A stretch of DNA of 62,852 nt, the filler included, from an uncultured Synergistales bacterium (lineage in GTDB: Bacteria > Synergistota > Synergistia > Synergistales > Aminobacteriaceae), in assembly GCA_937897575.1 (NCBI GenBank). It is 5 parts of 5 records of this genome, joined end to end, with 100 filler letters (N's around TTAATTAATTAA, not from the genome) between each part and the next. Parts side by side here need not be neighbours in the genome. Positions count along the whole stretch, not along the records: positions 22,229 to 50,257 come from CALCQG010000132.1; 4 more parts are not named here. One strand, written 5' to 3'. The notes beneath the pieces were generated by a model. It searched no databases and had not been told where the DNA came from. It saw nothing but the letters and a program-made list of their open reading frames with translations. Of the stretch, positions 33,287-42,752 are shown in pieces. Both the position numbers and the translations under genes were made by a program. The stretch's first letter is position 1. Every line of letters begins with the position of its first letter.

Positions 33287-33362
33287 TGGTGAGCCGTGTG
33301 GGAGTCGAACCCACGACGCCCGGATTAAAAGTCCGGTGCTCTGCCTACTGAGCTAACGGCTC
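33287..33362 (-). tRNA. tRNA-Lys(TTT)
   Basis: Reverse complement GAGCCGTTAGCTCAG...CCGGA-CTTTTAA-TCCGG...GTTCGACTCC...CCA. Confidence 0.96.
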
Positions 33363-33388
33363 GGCACGATCCGCATGCGCAAGTGATT

Positions 33389-33416
33389 ATTTTACACAAA
33401 AAACCAGAGGAGTCAA
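33389..33416 (-). promoter_or_regulatory. sigma70 promoter of tRNA operon
   Basis: Minus strand TTGACT-16 bp-TAAAAT about 27 nt upstream of tRNA-Lys. Confidence 0.7.
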
Positions 33417-33822
33417 GGTTTTATAAATTCCAGAGGAATGCACAAAGGGCAAAGGTTCCGGCATTTTCCCCTCTTCGTGTCGGAGCCTGATGCTCAAAAT
33501 TCGAAACTTTTCCGGCGAGGTATCCGGATATTTCACGGAGGAGCAGCCTTGAAAATCGCCTGTGTCGTTGGCGATAAGAACCTCTCTCCTCGCTCCCGCC
33601 GACGAAGGATTTCGAAGACGCCTCGCAGGGTGCGCCGTGGTCTTCCAGGGTCTCATACTGAACCACTGGCCAAACAGCATAGAGGCGTCTTTGTGATGCC
33701 CATCAAGTAATACGCTGCCCTTATCCCGGAAAGTGCACTCTCCAACCAAGACAGTTCTCCCGTTCATCGCAAGGGGGGCTTCAGCGCGTTGTCTTGGAGG
33801 CTCGAATGGGGTGCCTCCACTG

Positions 33823-33856
33823 ACAGGAGAGGCGGGGGTACCCCCGCCTCTCCTGT
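33823..33856 (-). terminator. Terminator after TRAP operon
   Basis: Perfect 34-nt palindrome acaggagaggcgggggtacccccgcctctcctgt. Confidence 0.75.
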
Positions 33857-33862
33857 GGTCGC

Positions 33863-35176
33863 TTATTTGAAGAGGAGATCCGGAAGCCAGGTGACCAGTT
33901 TCGGGAAGGCGATGCACAGAGCCAGGCAGAGGAGCTGGGTCGCGACGTAGGGGACGATGGAGCGGTAAATGTCCGTCATGGTGACCTCCTTCGGCGCGAT
34001 GCCCTTCATCATGAACAGCATGGTGCCGAAGGGGGGCGTCAGGTACCCCGTCTGGGTGTTCACCGCGTAGAGCACCCCAAGCCACAGGGGGTCGAAGCCG
34101 TAGATCGGCAGCAGGGGCAGTATGATGGGCAGGGTGATCATGAGGATGCTCCACGCGTCGATCACGCACCCCAGCAGGAACCATCCGACCTGTATGGCGA
34201 TCAGCATGGTCCACCACCCGACCTCGTACTTCTGGACGAGGCCCACCACCATTCTGGAGGCTCCCAGCCCCATGTAGACGGCGGCGAATCCCTGGGCGGC
34301 GAAGAGAATCCACATCATGAAGCCCTGAACCTGGATGGTCGTGTAGGCCACGCTTTTGATCAGCGCCCAGTTGAGCCGTCTGTGGATGGCGCTGCACACG
34401 AAGGCCCCCAGGGCACCGACCGCCGCGGCCTCCGTCGGTGTGGCGATGCCGCTGTAGATGGAGCCCAGAACAGCGACGATGAGGATGAGGGGAAGGATGA
34501 CCCCCTTGAGGGAGGCGACCTTCGCGTCCCAGTCGGCCCGTTCCTCCACAGGGATGGGGGGGCCGAGCTTCGGGTTGATATAGCACCGGATCAGAATATA
34601 GCCGATGATCAGCACGGAGCACAGCAGGCCTGCGGCCATCCCTCCGGCGAAGAGCCCGCCGATGGACACCTGGGCCATGGTCCCGTACAGGACCAGCGCA
34701 ATGCTGGGAGGGATCAGGGGGCCGAGAACTCCTCCGGCGAGGATGCACCCCGTAGCGAGCCGCTTGTCGTACCCTCGCTTCAGCATCTCGGGGAGCGCCA
34801 TGACGCCCATGACGACTACTCCGGTAGAGGCGATGCCCGACATGGCGGCTATCAGCGTGCAGGCCAGCACGGTGCCCACCGCCAGACCGCCCTTGATGCC
34901 GCCAGACCACCGGTACATCATCTCGTAGAGCCCTTCCGCCACACCCGATCGTTCGAGCACCACCGCCATGAGGACGAAAAGAGGCGCCGCCACAAGGGTT
35001 GTGGAGGACATCATGGAGAAGGTTCTGGCGACAATGATAAAGAGGGATTCGGGCCCCCAGAACGCGCCGGCAAAAATCACGGCCAGCCCCCCGAGCACAA
35101 AGGCCACCGGAAGACCTGCGGCAAGCAGGAAGAGCATGCTGCCGAAAAGCAGAACTGAAAGGAGTTCGATGCTCAT
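33863..35176 (-). CDS. dctM: TRAP transporter large permease
   Basis: LVAAPLFVLM, LIPPSI, ATPTEAAAVG, YLTPPFG. Confidence 0.93.
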   Translation of the reverse strand: MSIELLSVLLFGSMLFLLAAGLPVAFVLGGLAVIFAGAFWGPESLFIIVARTFSMMSSTTLVAAPLFVLMAVVLERSGVAEGLYEMMYRWSGGIKGGLAVGTVLACTLIAAMSGIASTGVVVMGVMALPEMLKRGYDKRLATGCILAGGVLGPLIPPSIALVLYGTMAQVSIGGLFAGGMAAGLLCSVLIIGYILIRCYINPKLGPPIPVEERADWDAKVASLKGVILPLILIVAVLGSIYSGIATPTEAAAVGALGAFVCSAIHRRLNWALIKSVAYTTIQVQGFMMWILFAAQGFAAVYMGLGASRMVVGLVQKYEVGWWTMLIAIQVGWFLLGCVIDAWSILMITLPIILPLLPIYGFDPLWLGVLYAVNTQTGYLTPPFGTMLFMMKGIAPKEVTMTDIYRSIVPYVATQLLCLALCIAFPKLVTWLPDLLFK

Positions 35177-35185
35177 AGGGTCACC

Positions 35186-35740
35186 TCAGTTCCCGGCGGC
35201 GGCTTCAGCGTCCGCACCGTCCATAAGCTCCCGCCCGGTTAGGGCCAGGTATCCGTCTTTGAGGGTCTTCGTCATCCCCTGGAGCAGCATGGTGACGGCG
35301 GCGAAGGGGACCGTCAGTTTGATGGGCCACACGTAGGGCCCCCACGTGCTGTCGGAGAACTCATTGATCTTGAAGCTCTCCCATGCCCAGGGAGCGCTCT
35401 TCCAGAGCAAAACCCCCACAAAAATATAGAACATGGACCAGGTGAAAAGATCGATGATCGCCTTGGTGCGTTTGGAGAAACGGGCATATACAACCTCTAC
35501 GTTGACAAAGGCCCCCTTCTGCAGGGCGTAGGCTCCCCCGAGTATAAAGTGGGCGCCGTAGAGCATGCAGGAGGTCTCATGGGCCCAGATGGTCGGGCGC
35601 GTGAAGTAGTAGCGCATGACGACCTCATACACCAGCACGAGCATCATAGGATAGATAAAAAAGCTCGCGATCTTGGCGATCCACTCGTTCATGGTGTCGA
35701 CGAACTGAATGAATCCGGTTAGCAACTGCAACCGCATCAC
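35186..35740 (-). CDS. dctQ: TRAP transporter small permease
   Basis: YEVVMRYYF..PTIWAHE; four TM segments. Confidence 0.9.
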   Translation of the reverse strand: MMRLQLLTGFIQFVDTMNEWIAKIASFFIYPMMLVLVYEVVMRYYFTRPTIWAHETSCMLYGAHFILGGAYALQKGAFVNVEVVYARFSKRTKAIIDLFTWSMFYIFVGVLLWKSAPWAWESFKINEFSDSTWGPYVWPIKLTVPFAAVTMLLQGMTKTLKDGYLALTGRELMDGADAEAAAGN

Positions 35741-35769
35741 CTCATCGAAAATTTTGGTTGTTGCAGCAA

Positions 35770-35799
35770 AAACCTCCCTCCCCGAAGAGAGGGAGGTTT
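35770..35799 (-). terminator. Intra-operon hairpin between dctP and dctQ
   Basis: aaacctccctc/gagggaggttt; reads stem followed by TTTT on minus strand. Confidence 0.6.
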
Positions 35800-35814
35800 C
35801 GCGGCTCCGTCCCG

Positions 35815-36876
35815 TTACTGTATGTAGCCGTAATCCTTCATAAACTGTTTGATGATCTCGACGGCCTTGGTGACCCGGGGATCCTTCTTTCCCTGCTCCT
35901 CGGAGACCTTGTCGAGATACGGAAGGGTGAACTCCTCGGTTATCCTTTTCACATCCTCGGGGCTGAATTCAATGTAGGTGGTCCCCCACTCCTTGAAGGA
36001 CACGTTGAACATCTCACGCTCTTCCATGGTGACGGCGTCCATATAATCGGTGTTGAAGGCGAGGGAGGCCGTCGCGACGATCGCCTGAAGGTCGGCTGGA
36101 AGCTCGTCCCACGCCTTCTTGGAGGCCCAGAGCTCCATTCCCTGGGGTACCTGGAAGGCCGGCCCGATGAAGTACTTGCACACCTCGTAGAGCTTCAGGT
36201 CCCGGTACAGCCACCATGCTGTGCCGCTGCCGTCGAGGGTCCCCATGGCGATGGCCATGTAGGTCTCCGGGTGGGGAAGCATGACCGGGGATGCGCCGAA
36301 GTGCTCCACGAAGTCGGACATGGAGCCGAAGAACCGGACCTTGAACCCCTTGAGGTCCTCGAGGGAGTTGATCGGTTTCTTGCTCCAGAAATAGGTGTTG
36401 CCCACGCTGTGGCACCCAAGATAGTGGATGCCTCGCTCCTCCAGAGCCGACGCCACGAGATCGTCGAGCCCTCTGTGGTGGAAGAGCTCGTTGAACTCGT
36501 CGTTGGTCCTGGTGACAAAGGGCGGCATGCTTGGCGCGGTGACCCACCCCATGGGGATGGCCCCTCTGAAGAAGAGGGAGCTCGTGTTGGCTATCTGGAT
36601 CATGTTGGCCTGCAGGGCTTTGTCCACTTCCGCGTAATCGACGAGCTCTCCGGCATAGTGCAGGCTCATCTTCAGCCTGCCGCCGGACATCTTCTCCACT
36701 CTTTCGATGAAAGGCTTGATGACGGACTCAACGGCCAGCGAACCGGGGGTATGATGACTCTGGAACTTCCACTCGTACACCTTGTCGTCCGCAGCCATGG
36801 CGGTCCCGGCTGCAAGAACACTGACGGCGAATACCAGCATCACGACGAACAATCCCAAACGACTTCCGTGTTTCAT
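35815..36876 (-). CDS. dctP: TRAP substrate-binding protein (DctP/TakP-like)
   Basis: GGAGGT RBS; signal peptide; VEKMSGGRL, KPINSLEDLKGFKVR, WDELPADLQ. Confidence 0.9.
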   Translation of the reverse strand: MKHGSRLGLFVVMLVFAVSVLAAGTAMAADDKVYEWKFQSHHTPGSLAVESVIKPFIERVEKMSGGRLKMSLHYAGELVDYAEVDKALQANMIQIANTSSLFFRGAIPMGWVTAPSMPPFVTRTNDEFNELFHHRGLDDLVASALEERGIHYLGCHSVGNTYFWSKKPINSLEDLKGFKVRFFGSMSDFVEHFGASPVMLPHPETYMAIAMGTLDGSGTAWWLYRDLKLYEVCKYFIGPAFQVPQGMELWASKKAWDELPADLQAIVATASLAFNTDYMDAVTMEEREMFNVSFKEWGTTYIEFSPEDVKRITEEFTLPYLDKVSEEQGKKDPRVTKAVEIIKQFMKDYGYIQ

Positions 36877-36973
36877 TGAAACACCTCCCTCAGATTGTTT
36901 GTTCGCTTCCCCAAAAAGGAAATCCACTACCGTAGAGCCGCAACTTTGTACTCTTCGTCAATCAAGCGCCCTC

Positions 36974-37002
36974 ATTGTCTCTAAATAGGCTACCGTTGTC
37001 AA
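36974..37002 (-). promoter_or_regulatory. sigma70 promoter of TRAP operon
   Basis: Minus strand TTGACA-17 bp-GACAAT. Confidence 0.6.
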
Positions 37003-37320
37003 GGAACTGAAGCATGACACCCCTGACATTGTGGGAAAGCGCTGCGGAGACGAGCGTTTCGTCCGCGTCAGGAGGCTTCCCCGTGTGCTCTTTCGTCTGC
37101 GAAGCATCCGGCGCACTGTGTCGTACCGGGAGACCGCGGCAGCACGACGCGCTCTCCGGAAAACCTCGCCGCGAAGGGAACGACCGGTTCATCCGTCGCA
37201 CGACATGATGGTCTATAATGCTCTTGTTCGCCATATGCCGGACCGGTCCGGCTGCAATGTCCGTAACACCCCGGCGCTCGGTCCTCCGGGCACCGGGACG
37301 GGAAGGAGGCCCTTTCAGCC

Positions 37321-38250
37321 ATGTCACGAAACGTGGGTATCGCCCTGGGGAGCGGTGCGGCGCGGGGACTTTCGCACATTGGAGTCCTCAAAGCCCTCGA
37401 GGAGGAGGGAGTACGCCCCTCCGTGATCGTCGGGACAAGCATGGGGGCCTTCGTCGGCGGAGTGTACGCGGCGGGACGGCTCGACGAACTGACGGAGCTG
37501 GTCCTCGGACTCGACTGGAAAAAGGCCGCGGGGTATTTTGTCGAGATGAACTTCCCCCAGTCTGGGATCATCGAGGGGAACAAGATCTCGGAGCTCCTGA
37601 ACTCCCTGGTGGGGGACACCGTCCTGCTGGATCTGCCGGTCCGGTTCGCGGCGGTGGCCACGGACATCGAGAACGGAGAGGAAGTGGTCCTGGACGAGGG
37701 GGCGCTCACCGACACCATTCGGGCGAGCATCTCCGTCCCCGGCATCTTCACCCCCGCCAGAGTGGGCGACAGGCTCCTGGTGGACGGAGGGCTCGTCAAC
37801 CCCGTCCCAGTAAGCGTCTGCCGAACCCTGGGCGCGGACCGGGTGATCGCCGTGGACCTGAACCAGGGGCGGATTCAGGACATCCGGGGGAGCTCCTTTC
37901 CGGAGGACGACGAGGCCCCCGGCTTCCTGAAGAAGGAGAAGCCGTGGAGGCCCTTTTCCTGGTTTGAGGAGAAGGCGGGGCAAACGGACGCCCGATGGCT
38001 CGACAGGGTGAAAAGCTGGGTCTCCCGGGACCAGACGTCATCCCTGGGGATCTTCGACGTCCTGGGGAACTCCCTTCGGATCATGGAGGAACAGATCGCC
38101 GCCTCCCGCCTGGAGATAGACCGGCCGGACCTGTTGATCCACCCCCGCATCGGGCACGTCCGCTTCCTGGAGTTTCATCTGGCCCCGAAGATCATCGAGG
38201 CGGGGTACCGCGCGACGAAAAGGGCGTGGCGGGCGTTCTCGGCGAAGTAA
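37321..38250 (+). CDS. Patatin-like phospholipase (RssA/NTE family)
   Basis: LGSGAARGLSHIG, GTSMG, DGG. Confidence 0.92.
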   Translation: MSRNVGIALGSGAARGLSHIGVLKALEEEGVRPSVIVGTSMGAFVGGVYAAGRLDELTELVLGLDWKKAAGYFVEMNFPQSGIIEGNKISELLNSLVGDTVLLDLPVRFAAVATDIENGEEVVLDEGALTDTIRASISVPGIFTPARVGDRLLVDGGLVNPVPVSVCRTLGADRVIAVDLNQGRIQDIRGSSFPEDDEAPGFLKKEKPWRPFSWFEEKAGQTDARWLDRVKSWVSRDQTSSLGIFDVLGNSLRIMEEQIAASRLEIDRPDLLIHPRIGHVRFLEFHLAPKIIEAGYRATKRAWRAFSAK

Positions 38251-38408
38251 GGCTTCGTGGACGACACTCTTCTCCAAGACCGCATCGAGCCCATCACACG
38301 ACGACCGAAGGTCACCTCGAGAAGAGCCGCGGGGAAGAACGGCCTGAAAACGGCCCCTCCCCCGCGGCTCTTCCGTCGGGTTGCGCAGAGATCTCGTCAT
38401 ATCGCCCT

Positions 38409-38846
38409 TCAGCGTCCCGAGGCGTTCTCCTCGGTGTACTGCATGATCATCCAGTCGACGCCAAAGGCGTCCGTGAGAATGCCGAACAGCTCCGCGAAAA
38501 AGGTCTTCCCGAGGGGCATGGTGACGGCGGCGCCCGCGGCTACGAAGCGGTCCCACACCTCTCGCACCCTTGCCTCATCCTCTGTGCTGTACGTCAGGCC
38601 GACGTTGTTTCCCTTCACGACGTTCCGCATCGGGTCATCGGACATCATGAGGTTCGCGCCATCGACGCCGACGATATTGGCGTGCATCACCTTATCGAGC
38701 ATATCCTCCCCGAAGGTCTCTCCCTCGACCTCCCTGAACCGCATCATCCACGGCTTCTCCGCCCCGAAAATTCCGGCGTAGTAGGCCATGGCCTCCTCGC
38801 AGTTCCCGTTGAAGAACAGGTAGGGATCTATTCTCGCTCGTGCCAT
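38409..38846 (-). CDS. VOC/PhnB-like protein
   Basis: PYLFFNGNCEEA, KVMHA, DAFGVDWMI; GGAGG RBS. Confidence 0.88.
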   Translation of the reverse strand: MARARIDPYLFFNGNCEEAMAYYAGIFGAEKPWMMRFREVEGETFGEDMLDKVMHANIVGVDGANLMMSDDPMRNVVKGNNVGLTYSTEDEARVREVWDRFVAAGAAVTMPLGKTFFAELFGILTDAFGVDWMIMQYTEENASGR

Positions 38847-39051
38847 ACTGTACCTCCTTTCACTCCGGTCCCGTGATTCTAGCCCCCCGTACGGGGGATC
38901 GCTACGGCCTTCGCACCACCCCGTAGAACTATGATTATAGCGGATGGCGAAACACGGGCCCATCAGGTCATAATACTTCGCGGCCGCCCCGTCGTTCCGG
39001 AGCGGCCGCGAGGTGCAGGCCCGAGGCTGAGGGCAGAGGAGAGCCCCTTGT

Positions 39052-40467
39052 CTACTCTATGACCGGAAGGTCGGCGGCGTACCGCTCTCTTCGCTCCTTC
39101 GCCTCCTCGACGGCGGCTACCCCGTATCGGATCTGCTCCGCCACCTGGTCGAAGCCTGTGCCGCCGAAGGTCTTGCGCCGTTCCACCGCGGCATGGATCG
39201 AGAGGTTCCCGAGCAGGTCGCCATCGAGCTCCGGGAGGAGTTCGGCCCATTCTTCCCGGGAGAGGTCGAAGAGCCCCTTGCCCCGGGCGAGGCACTCCTT
39301 CACGAGATGCCCCACTTTTTCATGAGCCTCCCGGAATGGGATTCCCCGTCGGACGAGCTCCTCCGCCACGTCCGTGGCGAGGATCAGCCCGTCGGCCATC
39401 CCAGCCGCGGCCCGCTCCTCGTTCACATCCACCTCGCAGAGAAGGGCCGTCAGAGCGTGGATCATGTCGCTCACGGTGGCGAGGGAGGCCCAGAGCCCCC
39501 GTTTGTCCTCCTGGAGGTCCCGGTCGTAGGTCATGGGAAGCCCCTTCAGCGTCACGTACAGGTCCATCTGGTGTCCCACGATCTGTCCGGTCTTTCCCCG
39601 GAGGAGCTCAAGGACATCGGCGTTCTTTTTCTGGGGCATCATGCTGGAGCCGGTGCAGAAGGAGTCGGGGAGAAGGAGCCACCCGAACTCCTGGGAGGAG
39701 TACAGGATGAAGTCCTCGCACAGGCGGCTGCAGTGTACTGCAAAGAGCGACGCGAAGCTGTGGTAGTCGAGCATGTAGTCCCTCTGCGCCACGGTGTCCA
39801 GGCTGTTCCTCGTGGGAGAGGGGAACCCGAGCTCCGCGGCGGTGAAGTGCCGGTCCAGCGGCAGGGTGGACCCCGCGAGGGCTCCGGCCCCGAGGGGGCA
39901 TTCGTTCAGCGAGCGAAGCGCGTAGAAGAGCCTGTCGTAGTCCCTTGAAAAGGCTGTGAAGTGAGCCATCAGGTAGTGCCCGAAGGACACGGGTTGTGCC
40001 TGCTGAAGGTGGGTGTAGCCGGGGATGACCGTCAGCCTGTGGCGTTCCGCGAGGCGAAGGAGCGCCGAGAGGAGCGCCTCCATGTCCTCGGCCATCCCGA
40101 GCAGCTGATCCCGAAGGAAAAGGCGCACCGTCACCGCCACCTGATCGTTCCTGCTCCGCCCCGTGTGGAGTTTTGCCCCCGCTGGCCCGATCTTTTCGAT
40201 GAGCCGGCTCTCGATGTTCATATGCACGTCCTCGAGCTCCTGGGTCGGCACGAGGGTGCCCGAAGCGATCTCCGTGCCTATCTCGAGGAGCCCCGTCTCG
40301 ATCCGCCGCTCCTCGTCGTCGGTGAGCAGCCCCACGGAGCGGAGCATCCGCGCGTGGGCGATGCTCCCCCGGATGTCGTAGGCGGCAAGCCGCCAGTCGA
40401 GGTCGAGGGATTGGGTAAAGCGTTGGACTATCTGCGCCGTCTGTCCGGTGAAACGTCCCTTCCACAT
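39052..40467 (-). CDS. argH: Argininosuccinate lyase
   Basis: MWKGRF, LHTGRSRNDQV, GYTHLQQAQP, GSSMMPQKKN. Confidence 0.97.
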   Translation of the reverse strand: MWKGRFTGQTAQIVQRFTQSLDLDWRLAAYDIRGSIAHARMLRSVGLLTDDEERRIETGLLEIGTEIASGTLVPTQELEDVHMNIESRLIEKIGPAGAKLHTGRSRNDQVAVTVRLFLRDQLLGMAEDMEALLSALLRLAERHRLTVIPGYTHLQQAQPVSFGHYLMAHFTAFSRDYDRLFYALRSLNECPLGAGALAGSTLPLDRHFTAAELGFPSPTRNSLDTVAQRDYMLDYHSFASLFAVHCSRLCEDFILYSSQEFGWLLLPDSFCTGSSMMPQKKNADVLELLRGKTGQIVGHQMDLYVTLKGLPMTYDRDLQEDKRGLWASLATVSDMIHALTALLCEVDVNEERAAAGMADGLILATDVAEELVRRGIPFREAHEKVGHLVKECLARGKGLFDLSREEWAELLPELDGDLLGNLSIHAAVERRKTFGGTGFDQVAEQIRYGVAAVEEAKERRERYAADLPVIE

Positions 40468-40481
40468 GATGAAGAACCCCC

Positions 40482-40988
40482 TTATGTCCCTGTGACGTCC
40501 CCTGTGCACCGGCCGGGCAAAGGGCACTCCAGCGGGACGACGGTCTTTTCCAGAAATTTTTCTCCAGGGTGCCGCCCCAGGGCCAGCCAGGACGCTGTCT
40601 GGAGGTGCAGGCACTTGGGCCCGCCCGTGCCGTACTCCATGCCGCCGACGCCGCCCCTCCGGAGGGCGTCCCGGAGGGACCGCCGCCGGGTTCGAAGGAT
40701 GGCCGCCGGCCGCGGCGCGAGGAGGGCCAGCCGGATTTTGCCGTGAAGGGCGTTGTACGCCCGCCACGCCGTCTCGTTCTCCTCGAGGACGGATCGGAGC
40801 TCCGGCACGGCACCCTGGGACTCCAGCACGGCGCAGCGGTGCACGAGGTGCGGACAGGTGAGCCAGAAGGTCGTGGGAAAGGGCACGCCGTCCTTCACAG
40901 GCGCGCAGATCACCACGACGGGCGCACCGTGCCGGCACCGGACGGCCGTCCCCAGGACCACGGACCGGTCGGAGCGCCGCCCCTTCAT
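40482..40988 (-). CDS. DUF501-family protein (start uncertain)
   Basis: RCRHGAP, PFPTTFWLTCP, GGVGG, KCLH. Confidence 0.82.
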   Translation of the reverse strand: MKGRRSDRSVVLGTAVRCRHGAPVVVICAPVKDGVPFPTTFWLTCPHLVHRCAVLESQGAVPELRSVLEENETAWRAYNALHGKIRLALLAPRPAAILRTRRRSLRDALRRGGVGGMEYGTGGPKCLHLQTASWLALGRHPGEKFLEKTVVPLECPLPGRCTGDVTGT

Positions 40989-41086
40989 CTGCCGTTCGAG
41001 GGTCCGGCCGTCCTCTCGCCCGAGAGGGGCAAAATAAAAAGAAAGGGGGCTCCCAGGCCCCCGGACACTCCAAAAGGATTCGCGCC

Positions 41087-41524
41087 TCACTTCGGCGGCT
41101 TGCCCCTCTTCTTCGCCGCCCGAGTCCCGTTGAGCTTGCTGTTCAGGTCGGCGATCTTCGACTCGCTCGTCTTCAGGAAGTTGGAGAGCTTGCGCTCGAA
41201 GGCGTCCTCTCCGACCTCGGGGACGTCGCTTCTCGGCCGACGCATGGGCGGCATGGGGCGGGGCTCCTCCAATTTCTTGATGGAGAGGTCGATCCGGCCC
41301 TTCTCGTCGATCTTGATGACTCTGGCCTGAACCTCCTGCTGCAGGGAGACCACGTCCTCGACCTTCTTCACGTAGCTGTGGGACAGCTCCGAGATGTGAA
41401 TCATGGCCCGCTGCCCCGTCTTGAGCCGGACGAAGGCGCCGTAGGGCATTATCTGCTCGATGGTGCACGTTACCACGTCTCCCGGGGAAGGCGGAGTCGC
41501 TCCCCCTTTTTTCTCTTCAGCCAT
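41087..41524 (-). CDS. S1 RNA-binding domain protein (YabR/YugI-like)
   Basis: YGAFV, IHISELSHSYV, IDLSIK, FERKLSNFLKTSE. Confidence 0.88.
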   Translation of the reverse strand: MAEEKKGGATPPSPGDVVTCTIEQIMPYGAFVRLKTGQRAMIHISELSHSYVKKVEDVVSLQQEVQARVIKIDEKGRIDLSIKKLEEPRPMPPMRRPRSDVPEVGEDAFERKLSNFLKTSESKIADLNSKLNGTRAAKKRGKPPK

Positions 41525-41759
41525 GCGGCAATCTACCCTCCATACAGTATTGGTGCTTCTTGAAAAGCGTCCCTGTTCCCGAACGACGCCGTCAACACTG
41601 GAATTCCCCGGCAGAGACCACCTCCGCAGGCCGTCCTGTCGGCGGTGCCGGGGCACCGCGGCACTCGGACAGACCATTCTCCACGCGGGATCATTTTATA
41701 TCAGAGGCGGACAATTTGCTACACCCCGCCCGGCGGTCCATCGGAGAGATGAAGAGGGC

Positions 41760-41788
41760 GGCCGGAGGGTGTTTCGCACCTCCGGCCC
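41760..41788 (-). terminator. Stem-loop after codY
   Basis: ggccggagg...cctccggcc inverted repeat just downstream of stop. Confidence 0.55.
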
Positions 41789-41800
41789 TTCGTCCTCGAC

Positions 41801-42694
41801 TCAGTCCTTCTGCAGGACGCCGAGCTCCTCCACGAAGAGAGGGCTGAGCACCTTGATGAAGGTCCCCTTCATGCCGAGGCTCCGGCTCTCGATGATGCCG
41901 GCGCTCTCGAGCTTGCGGAGGGCGTTCACGATGACGCTTCTGGTGACGCCGACCCGGTCGGCCACCTTGCTGGCGATGACGACACCCTCGTAGGACCCGA
42001 GCTCCGTGATGATGTGCTTGACGGACTCGACCTCCGAGTAGGAGAGGGCCCTCATGGCCATCTGGACGATGAGGCGCTCCCGGGAGCGCTCCTCGATGTT
42101 CTTCGTCCGCTCGTGCAGGATCTCGATCCCCGACAGCGTGGCGAGGTACTCGGCGAGCACCAGGTCGCACATGGAGAAGGGCTCGAAGAACCGGACGAGA
42201 AGAAGGGTCCCGAGGCGCTCCGTGGCGCCGTAGATCGGAATGTAGAGCATGTGCTTCTCATGGGCGTCGTCGCTCTCGTCGTCGAAGAGGTACGCGTCCG
42301 ACTCGCTCATGATGGTCTCGCGGTGCTGATTGATCCGCTCCACGAAGGTATCGGGCATGAACCCCGTCTTGATGAACTTGGCGACCTCCTCGGAGTGGTA
42401 CTCGGAGATCCAGGAGTGCCCCAGGATCTTGCCCTCCCGCCCGATGAGGTACACGTTGGCCGTGGAGAACTCGCCGAGCATCTTGGCAAGCTTGTTGTAG
42501 TCCGGCTTCGTCCCCTCGCGGCGGCTCTGGAAGGCCCGCCCCACCTGCCTGGTCTTCTCGAGAAGATCCTTCAGGCACGGGTCGCTGTCAAAGATTTCCA
42601 CAGCGGGCACCGCCTCTTTCTTCTCCGCAGCCGGCTTCACGGCCGCTTTCGCCGCCGGTTTCTTTCTCGTCGTCGTCCTTCTGGTCACTGCCAT
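41801..42694 (-). CDS. codY: Transcriptional regulator CodY
   Basis: LLEKTR GAF start, LSYSE, ASKVADRVGVTRSVIVNALRKLESAGIIESRSLGMKGT HTH. Confidence 0.95.
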   Translation of the reverse strand: MAVTRRTTTRKKPAAKAAVKPAAEKKEAVPAVEIFDSDPCLKDLLEKTRQVGRAFQSRREGTKPDYNKLAKMLGEFSTANVYLIGREGKILGHSWISEYHSEEVAKFIKTGFMPDTFVERINQHRETIMSESDAYLFDDESDDAHEKHMLYIPIYGATERLGTLLLVRFFEPFSMCDLVLAEYLATLSGIEILHERTKNIEERSRERLIVQMAMRALSYSEVESVKHIITELGSYEGVVIASKVADRVGVTRSVIVNALRKLESAGIIESRSLGMKGTFIKVLSPLFVEELGVLQKD

Positions 42695-42752
42695 TGCAAT
42701 CCCTCCCAAATGAATTTGTCCATCTATCCCGGATGCCGACGGCACCCGACTT

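Noticed and set aside
33420..33800. Short ORFs in the lower-GC spacer between the tRNAs and dctM
   Set aside because: No recognisable motif, RBS or codon bias
33109..36876. tRNA-anchored genomic island containing the TRAP operon
   Set aside because: TRAP genes lie on the promoter side of the tRNAs, and no integrase or duplicated tRNA 3' end was seen
39052..41073. 673-aa ArgH with long N-terminal extension
   Set aside because: Extension overlaps the DUF501 gene in another frame; ArgH homology starts at MWKGRF (40467)
40482..41468. Apparent long ORF spanning the S1 and DUF501 genes
   Set aside because: Upstream part is an off-frame read of the S1 gene; two separate genes
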